This document shows, piece after piece, positions 8,117 to 17,529 of a stretch of DNA of 62,074 bases. The notes beneath the pieces are model-generated. The model was not told where the DNA came from and ran no database searches. It saw only the letters and a program-made list of their open reading frames with translations. Each line of letters opens with the position of its first letter. Position 1 is the first letter of the stretch. Made by a program: the position numbers and the translations under genes. Origin of the DNA: Ignavibacteria bacterium (GTDB taxonomy: Bacteria > Bacteroidota > Ignavibacteria > Tepidaquicellales > OLB5); the NCBI GenBank assembly GCA_031430615.1, contig JANPBV010000381.1, positions 1-62,074 on the forward strand, read 5' to 3'.

Positions 8117-9520
8117 TTATTTATTATCTACACCTTCCATATCAGTTATCATACCTTCAGTTCCGGTTAGTGGTTTTGGCTTTTCATCTCGGTTCTGTAT
8201 ATAACTTTCTTCCTTATATCTTGAAGCAATGAACATAAATATAATAGCCGTTACAAACATCAATCCGGCAAAGAACCAGAAAAAAGTTGGTGTACCAATT
8301 GTTATGTAATCCTGTAAACGCGAACTTACCTGCGCAGTAATAAGGTTACCAAGTGAAACCGATAGCAGCCACAAACCCATTACAAACGATTTCATGCTGT
8401 TTGGGGCTTGGGTATATGAAAATTCAAGGCCGGTAATAGATACCATAACTTCTGCGGCTGTAAGGATTACGTAAGCAAAGAACTGCCATAAGATGCTTGG
8501 TGTTGCACCACCTATTATTTGTATCTGCGCAACAGCAAGCAGAGCGAATGAAAATCCCGCAATGAACATTCCAATAATTATTTTTCTTAGAGGTGTAAGT
8601 TTAAATACTTTATTAATTGCAGGATAAAGAACATATGTAAAGAGCGGAATAAATATCATTATCAATATAGGGTTAATAGCCTGAATTTGCGACGCCAGAA
8701 GCTCGAATCTTACAAATCCAAGATTAACAAATTTATCCATTTGTTCAGCCTGAAGTACCCAGCTTGAGCCTGTTTGATCGAAGAGGGACCAGAACACAGC
8801 TATAAAAACATACATTATTGTCAAATTAATAATTGCCTTTTTACCCTGCTTAGAAAATATATCGCCTTTGTACTGCTTCCATCCGACAGGTGGTACTGCA
8901 ATGAATACCTTATGACCCATATAAAAAACAATAGTAGCTACAAGCATTAAAAAGCCGGGAACACCGAAAGCTATATGAGGTCCATAGCTATCAAGCAGTA
9001 CGGGAGTTAATAGTGATGATGCAGCAGCGCCAAGATTTACTGAGAAATAGAAATATCCGAATATTTTTTCGAGGAGATGTTTTTTTGCTTTTGTGAACTG
9101 ATCACCAACATGAGCTGATACGCAGGGCTTTATACCACCTGAACCCATTGCAATGAGCGTTAAACCTATTGTGAGCCCAAGTCTTGTATCATCCATTGCA
9201 AGCGCAACGTGACCAAGCACATATACAACTGAAAGGGTTATGATCGTTTTATACTTTCCCCAGAGTACATCACTTAATATTGCGCCGAGTATTGGGAAAA
9301 AATAGTTTGCCATTGAGAAGTAATGATACCATGTGGTAGCATCGGCATCAGACATTGGTTCAACTGTGCCTGAGCGATTCATGATATACTGCGTCATAAA
9401 TACGACGAGTATGGTTTTCATTCCGTAGTAGCTGAAGCGCTCGGCAAGCTCATTGCCTATAATATAGGGAATGCCTTTAGGCATTTTGTTGTCTTCAGCT
9501 GTAACAGTAGAGTTAGTCAT
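8117..9520 (-). CDS. Proton-dependent oligopeptide transporter (POT/PTR2 family, DtpT-like)
   Basis: 467 aa, ~12-14 TM; N-terminal ELAERFSYYGM PTR2 signature. Confidence 0.85.
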   Translation of the reverse strand: MTNSTVTAEDNKMPKGIPYIIGNELAERFSYYGMKTILVVFMTQYIMNRSGTVEPMSDADATTWYHYFSMANYFFPILGAILSDVLWGKYKTIITLSVVYVLGHVALAMDDTRLGLTIGLTLIAMGSGGIKPCVSAHVGDQFTKAKKHLLEKIFGYFYFSVNLGAAASSLLTPVLLDSYGPHIAFGVPGFLMLVATIVFYMGHKVFIAVPPVGWKQYKGDIFSKQGKKAIINLTIMYVFIAVFWSLFDQTGSSWVLQAEQMDKFVNLGFVRFELLASQIQAINPILIMIFIPLFTYVLYPAINKVFKLTPLRKIIIGMFIAGFSFALLAVAQIQIIGGATPSILWQFFAYVILTAAEVMVSITGLEFSYTQAPNSMKSFVMGLWLLSVSLGNLITAQVSSRLQDYITIGTPTFFWFFAGLMFVTAIIFMFIASRYKEESYIQNRDEKPKPLTGTEGMITDMEGVDNK

Positions 9521-9671
9521 AATTTCTGTAGTTAAAGTTAAGAATAACTATGCAATTAAGTCATTGAAAATTTTATATTCAATGGAAATTACAAAATAGG
9601 AATTTTAATGTTATTATAAGCTAAAAATAATTTTCGTATATTTCCAATCATTCCACAAATTTAATTATTGA

Positions 9672-9770
9672 CCTCACCCCCTGCCCCCTCTCCTTATAGG
9701 AGAGGGGAGCGAAAAGTTTGAATTTTCTTCCCCTCCCTCTCCTCATAGGAGAGGAAGAGGAAGGGTGAGG
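9672..9770. repeat. Composite GC-rich hairpin element (CCTCACCC family)
   Basis: Outer IR cctcaccc...gggtgagg encloses two hairpins, cccctctcct-tata-ggagagggg and cctctcct-cata-ggagagg. Related copies at 17453-17529 and 36935-37035. Confidence 0.85.
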
Positions 9771-9805
9771 TTATAACGGCTATTGGTACAACTGATATTC
9801 TCCCG

Positions 9806-9886
9806 TTGTTGGTCTTGTGACCAATAACAAAATTATTCGTTAATTTGTTGGTGACAAACTACGGAGCAGTCGTTGCACCAACAAAT
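9806..9886. repeat. Two GTTGGTG/CACCAAC-type inverted repeats (copy 2 of family)
   Basis: ttgttggtc-ttgt-gaccaataa (9806-9830) and atttgttggtg-(22 nt)-caccaacaaat then gg (9843-9886). The loop ...gcagtcgt.gc is shared with 26483-26523. Confidence 0.8.
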
Positions 9887-9947
9887 GGTGAAGTGAGATA
9901 TAAAAACTTTAATGGATCCCCGCCTCCGCGGGGACAAGGCTTAAATA

Positions 9948-12900
9948 TTGTCTAAGTTCATACATTTACATAACCATTCGCATTACTCACTGCTTGATGC
10001 AATATGCACCATTGATGGATTAGTATATGCCGCAAAAGAGCATAATATGCCCGCAATTGCGCTTACTGATCACGGGGTTATGTACGGCTCAATGGAATTC
10101 TACAAGAAGGCGCAAAAAGAAGGCATTAAACCTATTATAGGATGCGAAGTATATATAGTAACAAAAGGCTCAAGATTTGAAAAAGGCACCAAAGGCGAAG
10201 AGTCAGCAGATACCATGCTTGGCAAAGATAAATCAGCTAAGACAGGAGGCAAAGGTTCAGGCAGGAAATCGAATTACAATCACATGGTTCTCCTAGCTAA
10301 AGATTATAGGGGTTACCAGAATCTTGTTAAGTTATGCTCTATAGGTCATACAGAAGGTTTTTACTATAAGCCAAGGATAGATTCCGAAATATTAAAACAA
10401 TACAGCCAAGGTCTTGTGTGCCTATCGGCATGCGCGGGCGGTGTTGTATCATCTCACATAGCAAAGGGCGATTTTGATGGGGCAAAAGAAGCTGCTGAAA
10501 TATATAAAGATATTTTTGGAGCTGAAGATTTTTATCTTGAGATACAGAATCACGGGATGGAAATTGAGGCAAAAATACGAGAACATGCTCCAAAACTTGC
10601 AAAAGAGTTAGGTCTGAAAATTATTGCGACAAATGATATACATTATATTAAATATGAAGATCACATTCCGCATAATATTTATTTATATATAAGCACTGAT
10701 CTCTCGAAAGATAAAGAAGGCAAGAACCCTGAGAAGGATTTGAGGTATGAAACAGACCAGGTTTACTTTAAATCATCCGAGGAAATGTGCAAATTATTCC
10801 AGGATTTCCCGGAAGCCATACAATCAACCCTTGATGTAGCAGATAAATGTAATCTTGAATTACCAAAAGGTATATATCATATGCCGGACTTTCCTATTCC
10901 AAAAGAATCAGACGCAAAATCACTTGATGAATATTTCAGGCTGCTATCACATGAAGGATTAAGGGAAAAAATAAAGAACGTTACACAGGTTGAAATAGAC
11001 AGGCTTGATGTAGAGCTTGATGTTATAACAACGATGAAGTTCTCAGGTTATTTTCTTATTGTAGCAGATTTTGTAAATCACTCAAAACGTAACGGAATTT
11101 ATGTGGGTCCGGGCAGAGGAAGCGCAGCAGGCTCATTGGTATGTTATGCATTGGGTATCACAAATGTAAATCCGCTTGATTATAATTTACTTTTTGAAAG
11201 ATTTTTAAACCCCGAGCGTGTATCAATGCCCGATATTGATATAGATTTTCAGGATGATAAGCGAGATGAGGTAATAGAATATTCACGCGGAAAATACGGT
11301 TCAAATTCAGTATCACAGATAGCAACATTTAACAAGCTTAAAACAAAAGCTGTATTAAAGGATGTTGGCAGGGTTCTGAATTATCCTTTTGATACAATCA
11401 ATGAAATTACAAAGCATGTTCCATCAATTTTCGGTAAGATAAAATCACTGACCGATTGTTATAAAGATATCCCCGAGTTTAAGCAGTATTTTGACCAGGC
11501 TAAGGAACGTAAAAAGCTTTTAGATTATGCCATAGTACTCGAGAACCTAAATAAGAACGTGAGTATGCATGCATCGGGGGTTGTGATAGCGCCTTCGGAT
11601 ATATCAAACTATGTGCCTATAGCAAAAGTGCCTCAATCCGATAACCAGTACATGACTCAGTATGACATGAAGATGTTAGAAGAAGCGGGCTTGATAAAAA
11701 TGGATTTCCTTGGACTTAAGGAATTAAAAATTCTACAACAAGCTGTAGAGCTTATTAAGGTTCGGCATGATATTTTCATTGATCTGGATAAACTTACCCT
11801 TGATGATGAAAAGACATATGAAATGTTTGCAAACGGGCATACTATCGGAATATTCCAGTTTTCAAAACCTAAGATGAGGGAATACCTAGCAAAACTAAAG
11901 CCAAAGGATATAAACGACCTTGCGGCAATGAATGCATTATATAGACCTGGACCGATGGATCTAATTCCAGAATTCATAGATAAAAAACATGGCAGGAAAA
12001 ATGTAACTTACCTGCACCCAGATATGGAGCAAGTGTTAGATGAAACATACGGAGTAATTGTTTACCAGGAACAGGTAATGCAGCTTGTGAGAGTGATAGC
12101 AGGTTACTCGCTGGCTAAAGCGGATATTGTAAGACGGGCGATGGGTAAAAAAGATGAGAAGCTGATGAAGGAGCAGGAAGAAGAGTTCATAAAAGGCGCA
12201 GCTGAAAAAGGACATAACAAAAAAGTTGCAAAAGAAATTTTCAAATTAATTTTAAAATTTGCTGATTACGGTTTCAATAAATCACATAGTGTTGCATATT
12301 CAGTTTTAGCGTATTACACGGCATATTTAAAGACCCATTACTCACTTGAGTTTATGACGGCACAGCTTAATTGCCGTTATGGCGATATGGAAGAAATGGT
12401 TCTGCTGATAAATGAATGCAAAAGGATGAAAATTTCTCTTAGTCTGCCAAATATTAATGAGTGTTTTTCAGCGTTCACGATTAATCCGAATATTGAAAAT
12501 CAGATATTATTTGGGCTAACAGCTATAAAGAATGTTGGCAAAACTGCTGTTGATAATATCATTAAAGAAAGAACAGAACATGGACCATTTGAGAGTTTTG
12601 TTGATTTCTGTTCAAGGATAGACCCAAAGGTAGTAAATAAAAAATCATTTGAATCACTGATATATGCAGGCGCATTTGATTGTATGGAGCTGAACAGGAA
12701 AAAATTATTTGATTATTACGAGGCTGCAATACATAGATACTCTCAGAAAAAGAGTGAGAGTAAAGGGCAATCAAGTCTGTTTGGTTCAGAAAAATCAAAA
12801 AGCGGGGTGAAGGATGTAATATTTACTCAGCTTAGTTCAGATTACAGAGATTGGTCTGACAGGGAAAAACTTTCATTTGAAAAATCAGTTTTAGGATTAT

Positions 12901-13511
12901 ATGTAAGCGCTCATCCTTTAAGTGATTTTGAATATGAGATAAATAAACTTAACCCTTTCAAATTTGGTGATGTGTTGGATGTTGATAGCGAAGAAATTGA
13001 TTTCAACCAATTGCAAAGAGTAAGGATGTGCGGTATTATCACAGACCTTAAAATAAAAATGAGCAAGAAGGGAAACCGGTTTGCAGTATTTACACTTGAA
13101 GATTTTACGGGTCAGGGTGAGTGTGTTGTTTTCCCGAAAACATATGAGCAATACAGGGAAATTATGATGGATGACCAGATTGTAACAATTATAGGTAAAG
13201 CAGAAGAAAATGGAAACTCGATAAAACTGATAGTTGATGAAATTAAACCATTACATAAATTAACTGTTGAAGATAAACAATCGTTAAAGATAGTGATAAT
13301 TATAGATTCCAATAAATTTGATGCAGCCAAATTGTTCCAGATTAAGAGCATTTTGGGTACAAATGAAGGTGAATCTACTGTAAATATACATCTTAAGAAC
13401 GGACACAAAGAGAGCAAAATGGAACTAGAAAATGTAAAAATAAATTATGATAAATACACTGAAAAAGTTTTAACAGAGATTTTCGGTAAAGATAATATTA
13501 TATTGCAGTAA
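9948..13511 (+). CDS. dnaE: DNA polymerase III alpha subunit
   Basis: 1187 aa; PHP domain start FIHLHNHSHYSLLDA; GRGSAAGSLV.YALGIT; ERVSMPDIDIDF; TTG start. Confidence 0.95.
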   Translation: MSKFIHLHNHSHYSLLDAICTIDGLVYAAKEHNMPAIALTDHGVMYGSMEFYKKAQKEGIKPIIGCEVYIVTKGSRFEKGTKGEESADTMLGKDKSAKTGGKGSGRKSNYNHMVLLAKDYRGYQNLVKLCSIGHTEGFYYKPRIDSEILKQYSQGLVCLSACAGGVVSSHIAKGDFDGAKEAAEIYKDIFGAEDFYLEIQNHGMEIEAKIREHAPKLAKELGLKIIATNDIHYIKYEDHIPHNIYLYISTDLSKDKEGKNPEKDLRYETDQVYFKSSEEMCKLFQDFPEAIQSTLDVADKCNLELPKGIYHMPDFPIPKESDAKSLDEYFRLLSHEGLREKIKNVTQVEIDRLDVELDVITTMKFSGYFLIVADFVNHSKRNGIYVGPGRGSAAGSLVCYALGITNVNPLDYNLLFERFLNPERVSMPDIDIDFQDDKRDEVIEYSRGKYGSNSVSQIATFNKLKTKAVLKDVGRVLNYPFDTINEITKHVPSIFGKIKSLTDCYKDIPEFKQYFDQAKERKKLLDYAIVLENLNKNVSMHASGVVIAPSDISNYVPIAKVPQSDNQYMTQYDMKMLEEAGLIKMDFLGLKELKILQQAVELIKVRHDIFIDLDKLTLDDEKTYEMFANGHTIGIFQFSKPKMREYLAKLKPKDINDLAAMNALYRPGPMDLIPEFIDKKHGRKNVTYLHPDMEQVLDETYGVIVYQEQVMQLVRVIAGYSLAKADIVRRAMGKKDEKLMKEQEEEFIKGAAEKGHNKKVAKEIFKLILKFADYGFNKSHSVAYSVLAYYTAYLKTHYSLEFMTAQLNCRYGDMEEMVLLINECKRMKISLSLPNINECFSAFTINPNIENQILFGLTAIKNVGKTAVDNIIKERTEHGPFESFVDFCSRIDPKVVNKKSFESLIYAGAFDCMELNRKKLFDYYEAAIHRYSQKKSESKGQSSLFGSEKSKSGVKDVIFTQLSSDYRDWSDREKLSFEKSVLGLYVSAHPLSDFEYEINKLNPFKFGDVLDVDSEEIDFNQLQRVRMCGIITDLKIKMSKKGNRFAVFTLEDFTGQGECVVFPKTYEQYREIMMDDQIVTIIGKAEENGNSIKLIVDEIKPLHKLTVEDKQSLKIVIIIDSNKFDAAKLFQIKSILGTNEGESTVNIHLKNGHKESKMELENVKINYDKYTEKVLTEIFGKDNIILQ

Positions 13512-13558
13512 TACAAAAATTATTTAAATATACATATACATTTCGTAAAGGAGAGAAA

Positions 13559-13888
13559 ATGAACGCTATTGAATTCACAGATGCTAATTTTGACCAGGAA
13601 GTACTTAAATCTGATGTTCCGGTATTAGTTGATTTTTGGGCTGTATGGTGCGGACCATGCAAGATGATTGCCCCATTCGTAGAAGAGCTTGCCGGAGAAT
13701 ACCAGGGTAAGGTAAAGGTAGGCAAAGTTGATGTTGATAATAATCCAAATATTTCTGTAACATACGGAATAAGAAGTATTCCAACATTATTGATTTTCAG
13801 AGATGGCAAGATAGTTGACCAGATAATAGGCGCTATTCCGAAACAGGCAATGGCTCAGAAGTTAGACGCCCAGCTTCAGCCGGCATAA
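13559..13888 (+). CDS. trxA: Thioredoxin
   Basis: 109 aa; VLVDFWAVWCGPCKMIAP active site; AGGAG RBS. Confidence 0.95.
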   Translation: MNAIEFTDANFDQEVLKSDVPVLVDFWAVWCGPCKMIAPFVEELAGEYQGKVKVGKVDVDNNPNISVTYGIRSIPTLLIFRDGKIVDQIIGAIPKQAMAQKLDAQLQPA

Positions 13889-13911
13889 ATAAAGTTTTAA
13901 AACATTATTTT

Positions 13912-13940
13912 AAAGACCCGCTAATTGGCGGGTCTTTTTT
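13912..13940 (+). terminator. Intrinsic terminator
   Basis: agacccgc-taattg-gcgggtct followed by a T6 run. Confidence 0.85.
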
Positions 13941-13989
13941 ATTTATTTTTAGCTAATTTTACATAATTGATGACTAAAAACAGGTAAAC

Positions 13990-14625
13990 TTGTTAGAGAT
14001 AAGCAAAATATTGCAGGCAGCATTGATATTTGTAACAATGATATTGTTAACTCTTGCATTTTTTTCACGCAGAATATTCCATAATATTAATACAAGATAT
14101 ATACTTATTACCGGCGCAGGGATAACTGTTATTTGTTTATTTTTTCTGGAATCAGTAATCATCCATTACCTCTTAAAGTTCTATCATTTTGCAGGATGGA
14201 GCGGCTATTTTCTATTTTTGTTTTTGTTCTTCGTATTACTCACCCCTTTCATTTCTACTTTATATAAGAGTATAGTTACATTTAAATTTAAAAACCTTTC
14301 TCCTCAATTAGCCATGCCTCAAACCGGCACTGTTGAAGAAAGCATTGTTATAAAAACTGAAATTCCTGAGGACAGTATAAAGCAGACATTGAGTACTGAA
14401 ATTGAAATACCACAGAAACCAGAGGAAGTACAGAAACAAGAAGAAATACAGGTACAAGATGAGGTTCTGAGTGACGAGATAAAGAAACCTGCAATAAGCA
14501 AGAAAAAAACTGTTCCCAAGAAAATTACAAAACCAAAGAAAAATACAACTGTGAAGAAAAATACAGTTCCAAAGAACAATTCAGGCGGAAAGAAAGATAC
14601 AGGCGGGGAAAATGCGAAACATTAA
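13990..14625 (+). CDS. Membrane protein with lysine-rich C-terminal tail
   Basis: 3-4 N-terminal TM helices, then an acidic EIP/EEVQKQEE segment and a KKKTVPKKITKPKKNTTVKK tail. TTG start is uncertain. Confidence 0.45.
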   Translation: MLEISKILQAALIFVTMILLTLAFFSRRIFHNINTRYILITGAGITVICLFFLESVIIHYLLKFYHFAGWSGYFLFLFLFFVLLTPFISTLYKSIVTFKFKNLSPQLAMPQTGTVEESIVIKTEIPEDSIKQTLSTEIEIPQKPEEVQKQEEIQVQDEVLSDEIKKPAISKKKTVPKKITKPKKNTTVKKNTVPKNNSGGKKDTGGENAKH

Positions 14626-15241
14626 GTTCATATTATTTCTAATTTCATTTTTTTCTATACTCTCAGCGTTCAGCTGCAACTCGAGCGAGACAAAGTCGAA
14701 AGTAAATGAAAAGAAAAGTCTATCAGATGATAATTTCAATCCATACTTCCCTTTGAAAGAAGGCAACAAGTGGGTCTACATAAATGAAGCTCCCAGAGAA
14801 GAAACAGAGTTATTTACAGTACAGGCAAAAGATGTAAAAAAAGTTGATGGCGGTATACAATTGAAAGTAAGCTCATTCCCCTACCTGACAAAGGATAATG
14901 AGGAAAGATCACTTACCGTTAAAGCAAATGGTGAGATAGAAATTAATAATTACATGGGTACAAGTGGTGTATTTATCCCCAGACCTGAAGATTTTATGAT
15001 TGGCTACAAGTGGAGCTTTGGAAATTTCAGAGGGTACGTGCAGGGTAACAGTGACCCCGCTGTTACAGAAGATGGTGTATACCCGGAGTGCTACTATGTA
15101 ATGGTGACAGACGGGTTTACTTTTAGTTTTGAGATGTGGTTTAAAAAAGATGTTGGTATTGTAAAATGGGGAGCCAACAGAACAAATCCGCCGCAGCTTA
15201 AAGCAATATATTATGTTTTAAAAGAGCATACTTTAAATTAA
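14612..15241 (+). CDS. Putative lipoprotein, function unknown
   Basis: Signal peptide with LSAFSC lipobox-like cysteine; overlaps the upstream gene by 14 nt. Confidence 0.5.
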   Translation: MRNIKFILFLISFFSILSAFSCNSSETKSKVNEKKSLSDDNFNPYFPLKEGNKWVYINEAPREETELFTVQAKDVKKVDGGIQLKVSSFPYLTKDNEERSLTVKANGEIEINNYMGTSGVFIPRPEDFMIGYKWSFGNFRGYVQGNSDPAVTEDGVYPECYYVMVTDGFTFSFEMWFKKDVGIVKWGANRTNPPQLKAIYYVLKEHTLN

Positions 15242-15249
15242 TTTATTTT

Positions 15250-15365
15250 AGGACTACTTCCTAAACTTCGTATAGTAAGTCAAGAAAGTCCCGTTTTTGT
15301 TGAGATTTCGTATCCACGACCTAACTGAAAAATCAGTCAAGAAAGTCTTGGCAATTCAAAAAATC
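15250..15365 (+). repeat. ~115-nt two-hairpin element, chromosomal copy
   Basis: Aligns with 60014-60126. Shared blocks: ctacttc, taagtcaRgaaagYcc, tccacgacctaactgaaa (18/18), cagtcaagaa, ggcaattca. Confidence 0.8.
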
Positions 15366-15385
15366 ATTAATGATATCACAATAAT

Positions 15386-15868
15386 TTGCACGACATTCTA
15401 TTTTACATATTTGCTGCGGTAATACTACTTTCTGTAATGCGCATAGCATTTATTTCAAATGTGAAAAGTTCATTAAAGAGCTTTGCATATTTATTAAGCG
15501 GTATATTCGGATTACTGATAATTACTAATTCTCAATTGTTTTCATTGTTAATTTGTTTATTATTATTGATGATATTTTTCACCGCTTTCCTTTTAAAAAA
15601 TAAAATTAATGAATATTTAATTATTGATACCGGGGCAACTTTAAAAACCAATATATTTCCAGCTTTGGTAATTAGTTTACTCACTGCAATACTTGCAAGT
15701 CTATTTGGAAATACCAGATGGCAAATGATCAATATTGATTACAGCCTGAATTCCTTTACTATGATTTTCACCAAATATTTACCATTTATTTTGGCTATAT
15801 CGCTTTTATTTTCTGTAATGATTCCTGTACTTTTCAGGATTGTAAGATTATCCGGAGTAAAGAGCTGA
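15386..15868 (+). CDS. Polytopic membrane protein, NuoJ/MrpB-like by position and topology (divergent)
   Basis: 160 aa, 5 TM, immediately precedes and abuts a NuoK/MrpC-like ORF. Sequence similarity to NuoJ is weak. Confidence 0.35.
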   Translation: MHDILFYIFAAVILLSVMRIAFISNVKSSLKSFAYLLSGIFGLLIITNSQLFSLLICLLLLMIFFTAFLLKNKINEYLIIDTGATLKTNIFPALVISLLTAILASLFGNTRWQMINIDYSLNSFTMIFTKYLPFILAISLLFSVMIPVLFRIVRLSGVKS

Positions 15869-16173
15869 TGGAAACGGGGATAAATCATTTCATTTTCATA
15901 AGCGCAGTCTTTTTGGGGATTGGACTGTATATATTGCTTACAGCAAAAGAAGCGGTAAGAGTCCTAATTGGACTTTCAATACTTTTTTCCTCATCAATAT
16001 TAAATATTTCAGCATTTTCAGGGTTTTGGAATTTCAATGCAGAAGGTCAGATTACAATTTTTTTGATAACAGCAATTTGTTTACTGAATATTTCAGCAGG
16101 AATAATATTATTCATTAAGCATTACAAAGTATATAAAACAAATCAGTTTGATGAGGTAAGCCGGGTTGAGTGA
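15868..16173 (+). CDS. NuoK/MrpC (ND4L)-like small membrane subunit, divergent
   Basis: 101 aa, 3 TM. LIGLSILFSSSILNISAF...GQI.IFLITAI...ISAGIILF parallels NuoK LIGLEIM.N....GQ...AAE..GLA, but the two membrane glutamates are read as Ser and Asn. Confidence 0.55.
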   Translation: METGINHFIFISAVFLGIGLYILLTAKEAVRVLIGLSILFSSSILNISAFSGFWNFNAEGQITIFLITAICLLNISAGIILFIKHYKVYKTNQFDEVSRVE

Positions 16174-16597
16174 ATTATTCATAAATACTACTCTCTATTA
16201 TATACTCGCCATAATTGTTTACATATATATTGTATTAACTTCACTATATCTGATATCAACAGGTATTAGGAAACATACTTTAAATATAATCAGTAAACTA
16301 AAAGCTAAGATTCCAGTGCCCGAAGCTTTAAAAATAATAATTGATAATTCTGTAAAATACTTTTTTGCGCCAATAGTCAGAGGTTTAAGGTTAATTTTTA
16401 ATTTTATTTGTTTAACAACCGGTTATATATATAAATCAGAAACATGGTTTACTTCAGAAATACTTCCTGAACTGGTTGAACCGGTAAACTATGCTTCACT
16501 AATACTAAGAAAATGTTATACTAACAGTCAAACTGCTATAATTACTGTGATTGCTCTCTTTTTTGTGGTATTTTATTTCATTTTAAGTATTTTTTAA
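16166..16597 (+). CDS. Hypothetical membrane protein
   Basis: 143 aa, terminal TM helices, TTG start overlapping the NuoK-like stop. No recognisable family. Confidence 0.35.
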   Translation: MSELFINTTLYYILAIIVYIYIVLTSLYLISTGIRKHTLNIISKLKAKIPVPEALKIIIDNSVKYFFAPIVRGLRLIFNFICLTTGYIYKSETWFTSEILPELVEPVNYASLILRKCYTNSQTAIITVIALFFVVFYFILSIF

Positions 16598-16623
16598 AAT
16601 TATTATTATTGTGTTCTTTATTT

Positions 16624-16826
16624 GCCGCTCCCGCTGGAGCGGGACAAGCACGGAGGAATTGGCAGAAACTTTCTTTAGCAAGCTAAAGCAAGTCAGGACT
16701 TTCAACTATTGCGTAGTTCCAAGTGAGCCGCGCTAAGTTTTGAAATCCTGTGCAAGAAACATTGTAACGGTGAGACTCCCTGTCATACAGAGCAGTGGTA
16801 ACTGCGAAGAAAGTCGTTTAGCGGCA
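16624..16826 (+). pseudogene. tRNA-Leu-derived degenerate element (acceptor ends retained, core disrupted)
   Basis: Begins gccgctc and ends gtttagcggca (compare the intact tRNA: gccgcca...gtttggcggta). It carries ggaattggcaga (D-loop-like) after a 21-nt hairpin insertion. No anticodon arm. Confidence 0.5.
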
Positions 16827-16845
16827 CAAAAAATACATATCCTAA

Positions 16846-17091
16846 ATGGGCAAATTCTTTGTTTATTGTCTTTATTCAGATTTACATGATAGATTATATA
16901 TAGGTCAGACAGCCAATATTGAAATACGATTTAAGCAACATTGCAATAGTAAGGTGATTTCAACCAGGAGGTATCTTCCATACAGGATAATATATTCTGA
17001 AGAAGTTCCCGATAGAGCCTCATCATTTAGAAGGGAAAAAGAATTAAAAAAATCAGGCAGGAAATTTCTGAGATCTTTAATAAATAAGTAG
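16846..17091 (+). CDS. GIY-YIG nuclease-domain protein (small, stand-alone)
   Basis: 81 aa; FFVYCLYS....LYIGQT.N...R..QH...........P....Y.E.......A..REKELKK = GIY-(10)-YIG, Arg and Glu core motifs. Confidence 0.8.
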   Translation: MGKFFVYCLYSDLHDRLYIGQTANIEIRFKQHCNSKVISTRRYLPYRIIYSEEVPDRASSFRREKELKKSGRKFLRSLINK

Positions 17092-17096
17092 TACTT

Positions 17097-17357
17097 GCCG
17101 CTCCCGCTGAAGCGGGACAAACACGGTCGGAATTGGTAGAACTTTCAACTACTACGTAGTTCCAAGTCAAGGCTTTCAACTGCTTCGCAGTTCCAAGTCA
17201 GGCGCGCTAAGTTTTCATAATTCAGATTTCATTATTTTGTTCTTTTGTACTTGCCGCCATGGCGGAATTGGTAGAAACTTTACACTGCTTCGCAGTTTCA
17301 AGTCAGGCGCGCTAAGTTTTCATAATTCAGATTTCATTATTTTGTTCTTTTGTACTT
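17097..17357 (+). repeat. Tandem units each starting with a tRNA-Leu 5' fragment
   Basis: Unit B (17097-17252) starts gccgctcccgctgaagcgggacaaacacggtcggaattggtaga, 44/49 identical to 16624-16672. Unit C (17253-17357) starts with the exact first 23 nt of the tRNA. 17180-17275 is repeated at 17285-17380 (105-nt period, 1 mismatch). Confidence 0.85.
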
Positions 17358-17441
17358 GCCGCCATGGCGGAATTGGTAGACGCGCTAGACTCAAAATCTA
17401 GTGAGGGCAACTTCGTAACGGTTCGAGTCCGTTTGGCGGTA
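17358..17441 (+). tRNA. tRNA-Leu (anticodon CAA)
   Basis: gccgcca-tg-gcg-gaattggtaga-cgc-g-ctaga-ctCAAaa-tctag-long variable arm-aacgg-ttcgagt-ccgtt-tggcggt-a. Cloverleaf folds by hand; CCA is not encoded. Confidence 0.9.
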
Positions 17442-17452
17442 CAAGATTATAA

Positions 17453-17529
17453 CCTCACCCCCTTCCCCTCTCCTAATCCCGCTAATTAGAAACGCGGGAC
17501 TGCAAAAGGCACAGAAGGAGAGGGGTGAA
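17453..17529. repeat. Composite GC-rich hairpin element (CCTCACCC family)
   Basis: cctcaccccc-tt-cccctctcct ... aggagagggg-tgaa, with an internal tcccgc-(13 nt)-gcggga hairpin. Confidence 0.8.

Noticed and set aside
16624-16826. A functional intron-containing tRNA or a group I intron with a GIY-YIG homing endonuclease.
   Set aside because: The D-arm is disrupted by a 21-nt insert. There is no anticodon arm or T-arm. The interior is too short and lacks recognisable P/Q/R/S elements. The GIY-YIG ORF lies outside the acceptor-closed segment.
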